The notes beneath the pieces were generated by a model. It had not been told where the DNA came from. It searched no databases and worked only from the letters and a program-made list of their open reading frames with translations. From positions 3,423 to 67,422 of the forward strand of contig JAUXIC010000001.1 in the NCBI GenBank assembly GCA_030621215.1: a stretch of 64,000 nt of DNA, read 5' to 3'. The DNA comes from Caldisericota bacterium. Its GTDB lineage: Bacteria; Caldisericota; Caldisericia; Caldisericales; Caldisericaceae. Of this stretch, positions 38,208 through 48,738 are shown in pieces; within the stretch, counting starts at the first letter, position 1; each line of letters begins with the position of its first letter. A program made the translations under genes and the position numbers.

Positions 38208-40231
38208 TGGCAATTGAAAAACTTCAAAAAATTCATATCGTTTGTCCTAAAGAAATAGAAAGCGGTCTCGTTGATAAGTTGTATAAGTTAAACGTTATCC
38301 ATATAGATGCTCTTTCCCCGGAATATATAAAAGATGGCAGAAAATATTTTGCCCATCCCGTTGTTGAGCCTGTCCATGAAGAGGTGCTTTTTAAAATTGA
38401 ATCTATTTTTACAGTTTTTAAGAATTTTAACATTGAGAATAAGGGACTTATTTCTTCCTTTCTTCCTGAAGATGAGATACTTACCGAAAGGGACTTTAAC
38501 AAGGTTATTAAAGATTTTGATCTTGATGGTCTTTATGAAGAAGTTCATGGGCTGCTGGGTCGGGAAGCGGAATCCGTAAAAAAACTGAACAAATTAAAAG
38601 AAGAAAAAACATACATTAACTCTATTTCAGATTTTCCATTTCCCTATTCCATACTATTCGGAACAGAACAGACCGAATCATTTATTGGCGTAATGACTAT
38701 GAAAGAGTATAAGCAATTTATTTTGGATGAAGCCCAGTTTGTCGACACGATATTTGTTTATCCATTTTTTTCCGATAAGAGTAAAATAAAAGTGTTTTTT
38801 CTTTACTTAAAAGAGGACAGGCAAAAAATTGAAAAGATTGTTAAACATTACTCAATTGAAAAAATGCAGATATTAACAAATTTTTCCGGGTTTATCGATG
38901 AAGAAGTAACACGTATTTTAAATAAAGAAGCAGAGATTCTCAAAGAGAGAAAAGTAATATTCAATAAGGTCAAGGAATTGTATAGCGCAAAGGCAAAGCT
39001 TCTTGCATTACGGGATTATTACTTTTCCCAGGCGAAAAAGGAAAGGGCATTAAGCTGTTTATTAGAGGGCAAAAACTTCGGCATTATAAGAGGCTTTGTC
39101 AGAGAAAATGATTCTGGCAAAATTGAACGTATTGAAAAGGAATTTGACAACACCTTTATTGTAGTAACAGAACCAGAAGAATATGATGCTGTCCCGGTTT
39201 CTCTCAAGAACAATGCATTATTCAGGCCTTTTGAGATGCTCGTTGGAATGTTTGGTGTTCCATCGTATTTTGCTATGGATGCTACTCCATTTGTTGCGAT
39301 ATTTTTTTCTCTTTTTTTCGGACTTGCGCTGGGAGATGTTTTTTATGGCCTGCTTATTGTATTAGGCTGTCTGTACTTTTTGAAACGGTACAGAGGAAAT
39401 GTTGGAGTAGAGAAGTTCTTTAAAATATTTTTGTGTGCAGGCTCCATTGCTGTTATTGTAGGTTTTTTGACGGGCTCTGTTGCGGGCAATTTCTTTCTTT
39501 TATATTTTCCTGGCAGCCTCCTTACAAAGATGCTTTATAGCGTGCAAATTATTGATCCTGCTTCAACAGACGGTTCTATGCAGTTCATCGCTTTTTCTAT
39601 TGGACTGGGCATATTAGTGCAACTTATAGGAATTTTATTGAGTATGATTATCTCATTCAAGAGAAAGCGAATTGCCGAGGGAGTTTTTAACGGTCTTGGG
39701 TGGCTTATTTTTATTCCTTCTGTTCTTCTTCTCTTTTTTGTGAATCAGTATCCGCAGATTAAAATGTTAGATTATACTTTTATTGCAATTGGATCTGTTC
39801 TTTTGCTTGCTGGAGGCTGGATTTCTGTGCGACAGCCATTATTTAAGCCTGTTGCCGCAGTAGTTAATATTTATGGCATAAGGAGCTCGTATGGAATTGT
39901 AAGTTTTTTAGGTGATGCACTTTCCTATTCCCGTTTATTTGTACTGGGACTTAGCACATCTATTCTTGCGTCATCCTTTAATATTGTCAGTAAGCTGATG
40001 GGGGGATTGCTCGGGACTCTGGGCATATTTATTACACTGTTGCTGCTGCTGTTTGGGCATGGCCTTACAGTAATAATGAATTCTCTTGGTGCGTTTGTTC
40101 ATTCGATCCGTTTGAATTTTCTTGAGTTTTTTGGTAGATTTTATGATATTGGAGGCCATGAGTTTATGCCTTTGGGCCTCGAATTGAAAAATATACGATT
40201 AGTACCAAATGAAAGAGGAGGTAAAAAATAA
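38207..40231 (+). CDS. atpI: V/A-type ATPase subunit I (a-subunit)
   Basis: 674 aa with a soluble N-terminal half and a multi-TM C-terminal half carrying the conserved Arg context SYSRLFVLGL. Confidence 0.9.
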   Translation: MAIEKLQKIHIVCPKEIESGLVDKLYKLNVIHIDALSPEYIKDGRKYFAHPVVEPVHEEVLFKIESIFTVFKNFNIENKGLISSFLPEDEILTERDFNKVIKDFDLDGLYEEVHGLLGREAESVKKLNKLKEEKTYINSISDFPFPYSILFGTEQTESFIGVMTMKEYKQFILDEAQFVDTIFVYPFFSDKSKIKVFFLYLKEDRQKIEKIVKHYSIEKMQILTNFSGFIDEEVTRILNKEAEILKERKVIFNKVKELYSAKAKLLALRDYYFSQAKKERALSCLLEGKNFGIIRGFVRENDSGKIERIEKEFDNTFIVVTEPEEYDAVPVSLKNNALFRPFEMLVGMFGVPSYFAMDATPFVAIFFSLFFGLALGDVFYGLLIVLGCLYFLKRYRGNVGVEKFFKIFLCAGSIAVIVGFLTGSVAGNFFLLYFPGSLLTKMLYSVQIIDPASTDGSMQFIAFSIGLGILVQLIGILLSMIISFKRKRIAEGVFNGLGWLIFIPSVLLLFFVNQYPQIKMLDYTFIAIGSVLLLAGGWISVRQPLFKPVAAVVNIYGIRSSYGIVSFLGDALSYSRLFVLGLSTSILASSFNIVSKLMGGLLGTLGIFITLLLLLFGHGLTVIMNSLGAFVHSIRLNFLEFFGRFYDIGGHEFMPLGLELKNIRLVPNERGGKK

Positions 40232-40734
40232 TGGAAAATCTTGGCTGGCAAAGTCTTAGTACTGGTCCTGCATGGGTGGTAATTGGCGCTGTGTTTGTTG
40301 CTGCATTTGGGAGCATTGGTTCTGCAATTGCTCTAGGCCGGACGACATCACATTCTGCAGGAGTACTTTCTGAAAAGCCGGAACTATTTGGTAAATTGCT
40401 TGTACTTATGGCTCTTCCCGGGACGCAGGGGTTCTATGCATTTATTATTGCATATCTTATGTTGCAAAAATTTGGATTTACTTCTAGCAATCCAGAAGCT
40501 TCTCTTGGGCAGGGTATATCGATGCTGTTGCTGGGAATAGTTATAGGGGTCGTGCAATTTAGATCTGCACTTTCTCAGGGACAATCTGCTGTTGGCTCGA
40601 TAGATCTTACCGGAAAGAGGCCTGAGGAAAGCGGACGTGCAATTCTTTTGCCAGGGCTTGTTGAAATGTACGCTGTTCTTGCTTTCCTTGTTGCTTTCCT
40701 TGTTATTCTGTGGGTTGGCGGTAAGGCTTTTTAA
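40231..40734 (+). CDS. atpK: V/A-type ATPase proteolipid subunit K (4-TM double hairpin)
   Basis: 167 aa with LPGTQGFY in TM2, SQGQSAVG in TM3 and LVEMYAVLAF in TM4. The start overlaps the atpI stop (TAATG). Confidence 0.9.
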   Translation: MENLGWQSLSTGPAWVVIGAVFVAAFGSIGSAIALGRTTSHSAGVLSEKPELFGKLLVLMALPGTQGFYAFIIAYLMLQKFGFTSSNPEASLGQGISMLLLGIVIGVVQFRSALSQGQSAVGSIDLTGKRPEESGRAILLPGLVEMYAVLAFLVAFLVILWVGGKAF

Positions 40735-40742
40735 CTTATCTT

Positions 40743-41342
40743 ATGAGTATAAAAAAACTTGAGAAGCGAATAAAAGATAAAGCCACAGAAGAGGCAAAGC
40801 TTTTTTTAGACAACGAAAAAAAGAAAAATCTGAAAGAGCTTAAAAAGTTTAAAGAGATTAAGAACAAAGAGTCTTTAAGAAGGATTGAAAAGCTGATTGG
40901 CGATATTAAAAGTGAAGAAAAAAAGAAAATTGATCAGGAGGAGCGGAAGCTGGAAAGAAGCCTTCTTGAAGAAAAAAGGATTCTTCTGGAGGATGTTTTT
41001 TTGCAGGTAGAGGATCGAATTTCTTCTCTGGGGAAGAATTTATGTTTAAATCTCATTAAGAAGCTAATTTTAAGAGACGCACCGCTTGGAGAGTCTGTTT
41101 TGTTTGTTAACAAGCGTGATTATGGGTTTATTAACAAGAAATTCATAGATGATATAAATGAAGAATTAGGAAAAAGTAAAAGAAGCATAAAACTTTCAAC
41201 GAAAGTAATTGATATAAAAGGCGGGTGTATCTTAAAAGGAAATGAAATAGAAGTGGATGATTCCATTTCTTCTCTTGTAGGGGAATTGAGAGAAAAAGAG
41301 GAAATAGACGTGGCGAAAAAGCTTTTTATGGAGTCAGAATGA
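40743..41342 (+). CDS. atpE: V/A-type ATPase subunit E
   Basis: 199 aa with a long charged N-terminal helix and a globular C-terminus (IKGGCILKGNEIEVDDS). Position in the operon supports the call. Confidence 0.8.
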   Translation: MSIKKLEKRIKDKATEEAKLFLDNEKKKNLKELKKFKEIKNKESLRRIEKLIGDIKSEEKKKIDQEERKLERSLLEEKRILLEDVFLQVEDRISSLGKNLCLNLIKKLILRDAPLGESVLFVNKRDYGFINKKFIDDINEELGKSKRSIKLSTKVIDIKGGCILKGNEIEVDDSISSLVGELREKEEIDVAKKLFMESE

Positions 41343-42316
41343 GAGAAGAATTTTTTATTGAGCCAGAAGAAAACGATGTCTATAGTTATATCTCAGGCAG
41401 AATAAAAGTTCTTGAGACTATGCTTTTGTCTGCTGAAATATTGCGCAAGATTGCTTCACTTCCCATTTCTGATATCTATAAAGAGTTGATGGAGACACCG
41501 TACAGAATGTTTTTATCAGGAACTGATACTGATTCGATAAGCAGAGCAATTTTTGCAAGACATGAAGCTGAAATTTCAGATATAAGCAAATATATATCTC
41601 CTGGTTTTATAAATGTGTTTTTTCGTGATAAATTGTTTTTTTTAAAACTTAAGAAGTGGGTGTTTGTTTTTTCTGATGAAGAGCTTGAAGGGTTGGATAG
41701 AGAGATTAAGAATTTTTTAGAAACGGGTAGAGGTGATTTTCCTCCACTTTTTAAAGAAGTTTTCGATATGATGAAAAAAGAAAAGGACGAACCTTATAAG
41801 GTAGGCTGGCTTATTGATTTATTTCATGTCAAATATCTACTGCAATCGGCGGAGGAAACAAAAAGTGTTCTTATAAAAGAGTTTTATGAGACATATGCAG
41901 AGGGGAAGATTTTTATTTTTCTTGAGAGATTAAGCAATTTTGTTCTTTCTCATGAAATTAAGGAAAAAGATTTTATGGAAATGTTTATACTTGTTTCCAA
42001 TTTTTTTGCAGATCTGCCTTCTGTAAAAAAAATGAGAGGAATTAAAAGTGTTAAGCTGTTTAAAAAATTTTCAAAAGAAAATTCTTCGTATCCATTTACG
42101 CTTGTTTTGGGCAATTCCTTAGATAAAGAGTTCAGGAAAGAACTTTTGAAAGTCCTCAGGAAAGGTAGGTTTATAAATGTGGGAATAGAAGTTGTATTTG
42201 CATATTTAAAACTCCTTGAGTTTGAAGTTGAAAATATTTCTATGATTGTGAGAGGGAAAAGTATGGGAATGGGCAAAAAAGAATTAGACGAAAGGATAAA
42301 TGTTGCTTATGCATAA
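41339..42316 (+). CDS. atpC: V/A-type ATPase subunit C (d-subunit)
   Basis: 325 aa helical protein. The C-terminus FAYLKLLEFEVENISMIVRGK is typical of the AC39/C family. Confidence 0.8.
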   Translation: MREEFFIEPEENDVYSYISGRIKVLETMLLSAEILRKIASLPISDIYKELMETPYRMFLSGTDTDSISRAIFARHEAEISDISKYISPGFINVFFRDKLFFLKLKKWVFVFSDEELEGLDREIKNFLETGRGDFPPLFKEVFDMMKKEKDEPYKVGWLIDLFHVKYLLQSAEETKSVLIKEFYETYAEGKIFIFLERLSNFVLSHEIKEKDFMEMFILVSNFFADLPSVKKMRGIKSVKLFKKFSKENSSYPFTLVLGNSLDKEFRKELLKVLRKGRFINVGIEVVFAYLKLLEFEVENISMIVRGKSMGMGKKELDERINVAYA

Positions 42317-42632
42317 ACTTGCTTTTGTGGGCGAAGAGAGGATAGGAACCCTCTTTAAAAGCTTTGGATTTGATGTGTTTGCTGTAAGTGACAGCAACGA
42401 AGCCGCTAAGCAGATTTCAGATATTGTGAGAGAGAAGAAATTTTACATTGTGGTTACAACGGAAGATTTTGTGGACGGACTTAAGGAATTTGTAGAGGAA
42501 CGACGTGAGGAGTTGCCTATAGTTTTTGTATTACCTTCTCCTGTAGAATATAAGGGTACTGGCATTGAATGGGTTCGATGCTCGGTAGAGAAGGCAATAG
42601 GTATAGATATTTTTTCAAAAAAGAACGAATAA
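42300..42632 (+). CDS. atpF: V/A-type ATPase subunit F
   Basis: 110 aa with KLAFVGEERIGTLFKSFGFDVFAV. ATG 42309 is an alternative start. Confidence 0.8.
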   Translation: MLLMHKLAFVGEERIGTLFKSFGFDVFAVSDSNEAAKQISDIVREKKFYIVVTTEDFVDGLKEFVEERREELPIVFVLPSPVEYKGTGIEWVRCSVEKAIGIDIFSKKNE

Positions 42633-42644
42633 GGAGCGTGCTGC

Positions 42645-44417
42645 ATGAAAGGTAAGACAGGAAGAGTTGTTAAGGTATCTGGTCCGCTTGTAGTTGCTGA
42701 GAATATTCCTCAGGCGAAGATGTTTGAAATGGTGTATGTAAGCGATAAAAAACTCTTTGGAGAAATAATAGAAATTAAAGGAGATAAGGCTTCTATACAG
42801 GTTTATGAGGATACAAGCGGTATTGGTCCGGGTGAATCTGTTTATTCTACGGGACTTCCGCTTAGCGTGGAGCTTGGCCCCGGGCTTATTGGCTCTATAT
42901 ATGATGGAGTACAGCGGCCGTTGGATGAGCTTCGCAAAGAGTATGGAAATTTTATTTCAAGGGGGGCGTATAAGCCAGCATTAAACAGAGGAAAAGAATG
43001 GTTATTTGAGCCTGTAGTAAATAAAGGGGCTACTATAAAAACTGGAAATGTGATTGGTAAAGTTCAGGAAACGCCTGTGATAAAGCATAAAATAATTGTC
43101 CCCAACGGCATAGAAGGAGAAATTATAAGTATTATCGAAAAAAAGAAAGTGACAGTAGAAGATGTTGTAGCACGAGTAAAAACTACCGAAGGAACGAAAG
43201 AGATAAAACTTTTTCAGAAATGGCCAGTTAGAATTGCGCGCCCTGTTTTGAAAAGACTTCCGCCAGTAGACCCTCTTGTTACGGGGCAAAGGGTTATAGA
43301 TGCTTTTTTCCCTATAGCAAGAGGGGGTACTGCTTGTGTGCCAGGTCCGTTTGGCAGTGGCAAAACCGTTGTTCAACATCAGCTTGCCAAATGGTCTGAT
43401 GCGGATATCATTATATTTGTTGGCTGTGGAGAGCGTGGAAATGAAATGACTGATGTTCTTACGGAGTTTCCAGAGTTAAAAGATCCACGGACAGGTAGGC
43501 CATTAATGGAGAGAACAGTCCTTATTGCAAATACATCTAATATGCCAGTAGCTGCAAGGGAAGCGTCTGTATTTACTGGTATTACAATCGGGGAATATTA
43601 TAGGGATATGGGATACAATGTTGCATTAATGGCAGATTCTACTTCTCGTTGGGCAGAGGCAATGAGAGAAATGTCTGGAAGGCTTGAAGAAATGCCTGGT
43701 GAAGAAGGTTATCCTGCATATCTTGCCTCTCGAATTGCAAGTTTCTACGAAAGAGCTGGAAGGGTTTTTATTCTTGGAAGTGAAGAAGAATCGACACTGA
43801 GTGTTATTGGTGCTGTTTCTCCTCCAGGTGGAGATCTTTCTGACCCTGTTGTACAGGCAACTCTCAGGACAGTAAGAGTGTTCTGGTCTCTTGATGCACA
43901 ACTTGCATATGCGCGGCATTTTCCTTCTCTCCATTGGCTGAGAAGTTATTCATTATACGTAGATATGCTTTCTGATTTTTACAAAAAAGAGATGGGAGAA
44001 GAATGGATTGGAATACGGCAGGAAGCAATGAAGATATTAAGAAGAGAAGCAGAATTACATGAAATGGTGAGGCTTATTGGAATAGACGCTCTTTCTTCAA
44101 AAGATAGACTTATTATGGAAACGGCCCGTTCGATACGAGAGGATTTCCTTCAGCAAAATGCATTTATGGATGCAGATACTTATACTTCTCTGAAGAAGCA
44201 GTATAGAATGATGAAATTAATCCATTTGTTTAATAAACTTGCAGCTCACGCATTGGATAAAAATGTGGAACTGGATAAAATTCTTTCCCTCCCTGTAAGA
44301 GTTGAGATTTCGAGAGCAAAGCTTGTACCTGAAAAAGAGTTAGAAAAATTCGATGCTATAGAGGAGAAAATCAGTAGTTTATTCAATATGCTTGTAAAAG
44401 AGGTGGAGAATGGGTAA
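42645..44417 (+). CDS. atpA: V/A-type ATPase catalytic subunit A
   Basis: 590 aa with Walker [10 protein letters not shown], followed by the [10 protein letters not shown] and [10 protein letters not shown] motifs. No intein. Confidence 0.95.
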   Translation: MKGKTGRVVKVSGPLVVAENIPQAKMFEMVYVSDKKLFGEIIEIKGDKASIQVYEDTSGIGPGESVYSTGLPLSVELGPGLIGSIYDGVQRPLDELRKEYGNFISRGAYKPALNRGKEWLFEPVVNKGATIKTGNVIGKVQETPVIKHKIIVPNGIEGEIISIIEKKKVTVEDVVARVKTTEGTKEIKLFQKWPVRIARPVLKRLPPVDPLVTGQRVIDAFFPIARGGTACVPGPFGSGKTVVQHQLAKWSDADIIIFVGCGERGNEMTDVLTEFPELKDPRTGRPLMERTVLIANTSNMPVAAREASVFTGITIGEYYRDMGYNVALMADSTSRWAEAMREMSGRLEEMPGEEGYPAYLASRIASFYERAGRVFILGSEEESTLSVIGAVSPPGGDLSDPVVQATLRTVRVFWSLDAQLAYARHFPSLHWLRSYSLYVDMLSDFYKKEMGEEWIGIRQEAMKILRREAELHEMVRLIGIDALSSKDRLIMETARSIREDFLQQNAFMDADTYTSLKKQYRMMKLIHLFNKLAAHALDKNVELDKILSLPVRVEISRAKLVPEKELEKFDAIEEKISSLFNMLVKEVENG

Positions 44418-45819
44418 AGAATATGTAACAACAAGAGAAATAGCAGGCCCCTTACTTATTGCTGATCATATCGAGGGAGCAAAATATAACGAAATTGTGC
44501 AGATAAAAGCAGCTGATGGCAGCATTAAAAATGGACAGGTACTTGAAGTGGACGGCGACAGGGCTTTGATACAAGTATTTGAAGGAACTGCTGGTTTAAA
44601 TCTTGGTGGGACTAGAGTAAAATTTTTAGGAAGAGGCGTTGAAGTGGGTCTTTCACCATCTATTCTTGGGAGGATATTTAATGGCTCAGGAATACCTATT
44701 GACGGGAGTTCTGCTATTATTCCCGAGAAACGAATGAACATTAATGGGAATCCTTTGAATCCTTATGCGAGAAATTATCCTTCAGAATTTATTCAAACCG
44801 GTATTTCTGCTATTGATGGCTTGAATACACTTGTAAGAGGGCAAAAACTTCCTATTTTTTCCGGGTCTGGTTTGCCGCATGCACAGGCAGCAGCTCAAAT
44901 TGCCAGGCAAGCAAAGGTGTTGGGCAAAGAGGAGAAGTTTGCAGTTGTGTTTGTAGCTATGGGAATTACATTTGAAGAAGCAAACTATTTTATGGCAGAT
45001 TTTAAAAAAACAGGAGCACTAGAGCGTTCTGTAATGTTTATAAATCTTGCTAATGACCCTGTCATTGAACGGATTGCTACACCTCGATTTGGATTAACTG
45101 TCGCTGAATATCTTGCGTTTGATTTGGGTATGCACGTTCTTGTCATTTTAACTGATATGACCAACTATTGCGAAGCTTTAAGGGAAATATCTGCCGCGCG
45201 AAAAGAAGTACCAGGAAGGCGTGGGTACCCTGGGTATATGTATACGGATCTTGCAACGATGTATGAAAGAGCCGGGAGAATAAAGGAAAAGGAAGGCTCA
45301 ATTACACAGATTCCCATCCTTACAATGCCAGAGGATGATAAAACTCATCCCATAGCAGACCTTACAGGATATATTACCGAAGGGCAGATGTTCCTTAGTA
45401 GAAATCTGTTTCAGCAGGCAATTTATCCTCCAATTGATGTATTGCCTTCTCTGTCGCGATTGAAGGATAAAGGGATTGGTAAGGGGAAAACACGTGAGGA
45501 TCATGCTGATGTGTTGAATCAGCTTTTTGCTGCATATGCAAGGGGAAGGGAAGTGCGGGAACTTGCAATTGTGTTAGGAGTATCTGCTCTTACAAAATCT
45601 GATCTTATCTTTGTTCATTATGCAGATGAATTTGAACAGGAGTTTGTAAAGCAAGGCGAATATGAAAACAGGTCAATTGAAGAAACGCTTGATATAGGCT
45701 GGGGTTTACTCTCAATGTTCCCTGTGGGAGAATTAAAGCGTATCAGACCTGAGTATATTGAAAAATATTTGAGTAGGTACACAACACCTGGTGAGGGTGA
45801 GACAAAAGATGCTGATTAA
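44410..45819 (+). CDS. atpB: V/A-type ATPase subunit B
   Basis: 469 aa with the [29 protein letters not shown] and [10 protein letters not shown] motifs. Confidence 0.95.
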   Translation: MGKEYVTTREIAGPLLIADHIEGAKYNEIVQIKAADGSIKNGQVLEVDGDRALIQVFEGTAGLNLGGTRVKFLGRGVEVGLSPSILGRIFNGSGIPIDGSSAIIPEKRMNINGNPLNPYARNYPSEFIQTGISAIDGLNTLVRGQKLPIFSGSGLPHAQAAAQIARQAKVLGKEEKFAVVFVAMGITFEEANYFMADFKKTGALERSVMFINLANDPVIERIATPRFGLTVAEYLAFDLGMHVLVILTDMTNYCEALREISAARKEVPGRRGYPGYMYTDLATMYERAGRIKEKEGSITQIPILTMPEDDKTHPIADLTGYITEGQMFLSRNLFQQAIYPPIDVLPSLSRLKDKGIGKGKTREDHADVLNQLFAAYARGREVRELAIVLGVSALTKSDLIFVHYADEFEQEFVKQGEYENRSIEETLDIGWGLLSMFPVGELKRIRPEYIEKYLSRYTTPGEGETKDAD

Positions 45820-46429
45820 TGTAAATCCCACTAGAATGGAACTTCTTCGGCTTAAAGAGAGGTATGTCTTTGCGAAGAGAGGGCATAAGCTTCTGAAAGA
45901 TAAACTTGAAGGGCTTATGCGTGATTTTCTGGATGTTGCAAATAAATTTATAGAAAACAGGAAAGAGCTTGATGAGAAATTTATGCATTTGCAGCGTAAT
46001 TTTTATGTTTCAGTGGCAGACATTTCCACAGAGGAACTGTTTTCTCTATTACTTGGCAGCAGTTTTTCAGTAGATATATCCGTGAAAGAGGAGTCGGTTA
46101 TGAATGTAAAATTTCCTGTGTTTAAAGCGGAAGAAGAAGGTATTCCTTATTCTTATCCAATCACTTTTACTCACGAAGAAATAGACATTGTTTTTAAGGG
46201 AATGAAAGAAATTATTAAAGAAATTATTACTCTTTCTTCTGTTGAAAGAGAATTATACCTCATTGCTGGTGAAATTTCTAAAACGCGCAGAAGAGTTAAT
46301 GCGCTTGAGTATATTATGATACCTGATCTTGAAGAGACGATTAAATATATTTCAGGTAAACTGGAAGAAATGGAAAGGGGCAATATAGCCCGTTTACTTA
46401 AAATAAAGGATACAATAAGAAGTCATTGA
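45809..46429 (+). CDS. atpD: V/A-type ATPase subunit D
   Basis: [30 protein letters not shown] 45809 has SD gagggtgag upstream. The tracked GTG 45791 is the alternative start. Confidence 0.9.
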   Translation: MLINVNPTRMELLRLKERYVFAKRGHKLLKDKLEGLMRDFLDVANKFIENRKELDEKFMHLQRNFYVSVADISTEELFSLLLGSSFSVDISVKEESVMNVKFPVFKAEEEGIPYSYPITFTHEEIDIVFKGMKEIIKEIITLSSVERELYLIAGEISKTRRRVNALEYIMIPDLEETIKYISGKLEEMERGNIARLLKIKDTIRSH

Positions 46430-46956
46430 TGAAAATATTAAAATTGGAAAAAATATGTGCTGGCAGGCTTCTTGTTCTTTATAATAAAATTGTTCAGCAC
46501 GACGACGGTACTGTGTGGGAGCGGGAAGTGGTAAGCTATGGTGGAGATGCTGCGGCAATAGTTGCTGAATACAACGGAAATATTATCCTTGTGTCACAAT
46601 TTAGACCGGCTGTTAATGAGAAACTTTTGGAAATACCAGCAGGAAGAATTGAAAAGGGTGAGCTCCCGGCAGAAGCTGCTATAAGAGAACTGGAGGAAGA
46701 AGTGGGAATTATTCCTCAAAACATAAAAAAGATTGCAGAATTTTATTCAACCCCTGGTTTTGCAGATGAGAAGATGTACCTTTTTTATGCAGATCAGTTT
46801 AAGCAGGGCAGCGTACACCTTGATGCAGGCGAAGATTTGTCTGTAAGGCTTTTACCTGTTTCAGAAGTGGATGATTATTTAAGTACAAATAAAATCAAAG
46901 ACGCTAAAACATATTTAGGGCTCTTGTACTGGAAGGTGATGAAAGAAAATGAATAA
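46429..46956 (+). CDS. NUDIX hydrolase (ADP-ribose/NDP-sugar pyrophosphatase-like)
   Basis: Nudix box [22 protein letters not shown]. The start overlaps the atpD stop. Confidence 0.85.
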   Translation: MKILKLEKICAGRLLVLYNKIVQHDDGTVWEREVVSYGGDAAAIVAEYNGNIILVSQFRPAVNEKLLEIPAGRIEKGELPAEAAIRELEEEVGIIPQNIKKIAEFYSTPGFADEKMYLFYADQFKQGSVHLDAGEDLSVRLLPVSEVDDYLSTNKIKDAKTYLGLLYWKVMKENE

Positions 46957-47866
46957 AAATACTTTAAGAAAAAATGTAAGTTTGTTTTTGGAATATCTTT
47001 CTTCTGACAAAAAAATAGCAGTCAACACTGTTTATGCTTACACTAATGACCTTACAAAGTTTTTGCACTTTCTTGAAAAAAATGGAACAACAAAATGGAG
47101 TGAGGTTGATAACAAATTTATTGAGAGCTATTTTAACAAACTTAAGAAAGATATGAGCGGGGCAAGCGTTAAACGAAATATTGCAAGCTTAAAAAAGCTT
47201 TATAAATATTTATATGCGAGAAAATTAATAGAAAAGAGGGATTTTAGAAAAATAGGCTGTTTTAAGAATGGAGTACAATCTTGCCCAGAAGTGCTTACTG
47301 TCCGTGAGGTTAAATTAATGACAGATGCAGTTAAAAATCGAGGGTTTCTTGGGGTGCGGGACAAAGCAATGCTTCTTTTTCTTTATAGCGCAGGAGCTAA
47401 AGCATCCGAGGTATGTATGGCGAAGGTTAATGATCTCGATTTTAAAAACCATTTGTTTATTTGTAGAAATTATAATGGCAAGAGAAAAATTCCATTCTGT
47501 AAAGAATTAATTCCTTTTTTGAAAGATTATCTTAAAGCAAGGGAAAGGATTCTTGTAAAATTTGGGGAAAAGGACTCTGGGTATCTCTTTTTGAATCGAA
47601 GCGGTGATAAATTAACAAGGCAAAGCGTATATCTTTTAGTGAAGAAATATGCAGAGGAAGCTAACATAAACAAGAAAGTAACGCCTCATACGCTCCGGCA
47701 TTCGATTACTTCTCATCTTTTTTTCTTTGGCAACGCAGAACTTGATGAAGTGAAGAGGATTTTTGGGTATACTACTATCCCACTTGTTTTAAAGCACGCA
47801 ATGCTTTCAGAAGCAGATACAGATTTTGTTTATCTTAAGAATCATCCGGTTTTTAAACGCAGGTAA
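46949..47866 (+). CDS. XerC/XerD-like tyrosine-recombinase homolog with degenerate active site
   Basis: 305 aa, collinear with XerD (SAM-like N-domain; [11 protein letters not shown]; PHTLRHS; C-terminal VYLKNHP). Has GAKASE instead of GLRxSE, FGY instead of LGH, and no Tyr at the YTH position (VLKHA). Confidence 0.75.
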   Translation: MNKNTLRKNVSLFLEYLSSDKKIAVNTVYAYTNDLTKFLHFLEKNGTTKWSEVDNKFIESYFNKLKKDMSGASVKRNIASLKKLYKYLYARKLIEKRDFRKIGCFKNGVQSCPEVLTVREVKLMTDAVKNRGFLGVRDKAMLLFLYSAGAKASEVCMAKVNDLDFKNHLFICRNYNGKRKIPFCKELIPFLKDYLKARERILVKFGEKDSGYLFLNRSGDKLTRQSVYLLVKKYAEEANINKKVTPHTLRHSITSHLFFFGNAELDEVKRIFGYTTIPLVLKHAMLSEADTDFVYLKNHPVFKRR

Positions 47867-48738
47867 TGTTCTATTTTTCATATCAGATAGCATTATTTGC
47901 ATTATTTTTAATTGCTCATCTTCCTGTAAGAGTGTGTTATTGGATCGGTAATTTTTTCGCTATGTTGAGTTTTCTTTTGTTTTATAAACAAAGAAGAAAG
48001 GTTTTAAAAAATTTAAGGTGTATCTTAAGAGACGAAAATGAAAAAAAGATAAGAAGTACAGCCTTTAATCTTTATAAGAATTTTCTAACAAATATAGTGG
48101 ATTATCTTTTATTATTTACTCATGAAAAAAAATGGATTAAAAGCAGATTTATTGTGGGTGTGGTAGATGAAAAGCTGAAAGAGCTTGCCTCATCTAAAAA
48201 GGGAATCATTATTGTTACTGCGCACCTTGGAAATTGGGAAGCCGCAGGTTTTATCCTTGGATACATGGGTTATCGTGCGCATGGTATCGGGCTTCCTCAG
48301 CCTGATGATAGAATGGAAAAATTGTATAAAAAAATGAGAGAAAAAGGGAATGTCATTGTTCACCCATTTCCCGGAGGAGTTATAGGCGTGTATAAGGCCT
48401 TAAAAAATAATGAAATTGCTTCAATAGTGAGCGATAGAGATATTAATAAAGATGGGGTCAAGACAGAATTTTTTGGTAAATGTGTGACATTTCCCAGAGG
48501 AGCAGCTCTTCTTGCATACAGGACTGGCGCAAGAAGTGTTTTTGGATTTGCTGTAAAGGAAAAAGGAAAGTATAAAGCGTGTATTAGTCCTGAAATTATT
48601 GCTGATAGAAGTAAGGGAGAAAAAGTGTTTATAGAAGAGTACGTGAAAAAATTTGTGTCACTGTTGGAAGAATATGTTAAAAAATTTCCAGATCGCTGGT
48701 ACCATTTTTTTGATTATTTTGAGGAGTACAAATGTTAA
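47866..48738 (+). CDS. Lysophospholipid/lipid A-type acyltransferase (HtrB/LpxL/PatA family)
   Basis: 290 aa with an N-terminal TM anchor and the HX4E motif TAHLGNWEAAG. C-terminus FPDRWYHFF. Confidence 0.75.
   Translation: MFYFSYQIALFALFLIAHLPVRVCYWIGNFFAMLSFLLFYKQRRKVLKNLRCILRDENEKKIRSTAFNLYKNFLTNIVDYLLLFTHEKKWIKSRFIVGVVDEKLKELASSKKGIIIVTAHLGNWEAAGFILGYMGYRAHGIGLPQPDDRMEKLYKKMREKGNVIVHPFPGGVIGVYKALKNNEIASIVSDRDINKDGVKTEFFGKCVTFPRGAALLAYRTGARSVFGFAVKEKGKYKACISPEIIADRSKGEKVFIEEYVKKFVSLLEEYVKKFPDRWYHFFDYFEEYKC

Noticed and set aside
46949-47866. Xer-like gene as the integrase of an integrated mobile element.
   Set aside because: It is not adjacent to a tRNA and I could see no flanking direct repeats. 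It overlaps housekeeping genes on both sides, and neighbouring gene content is non-mobile. It is treated as a degenerate chromosomal Xer paralog instead.
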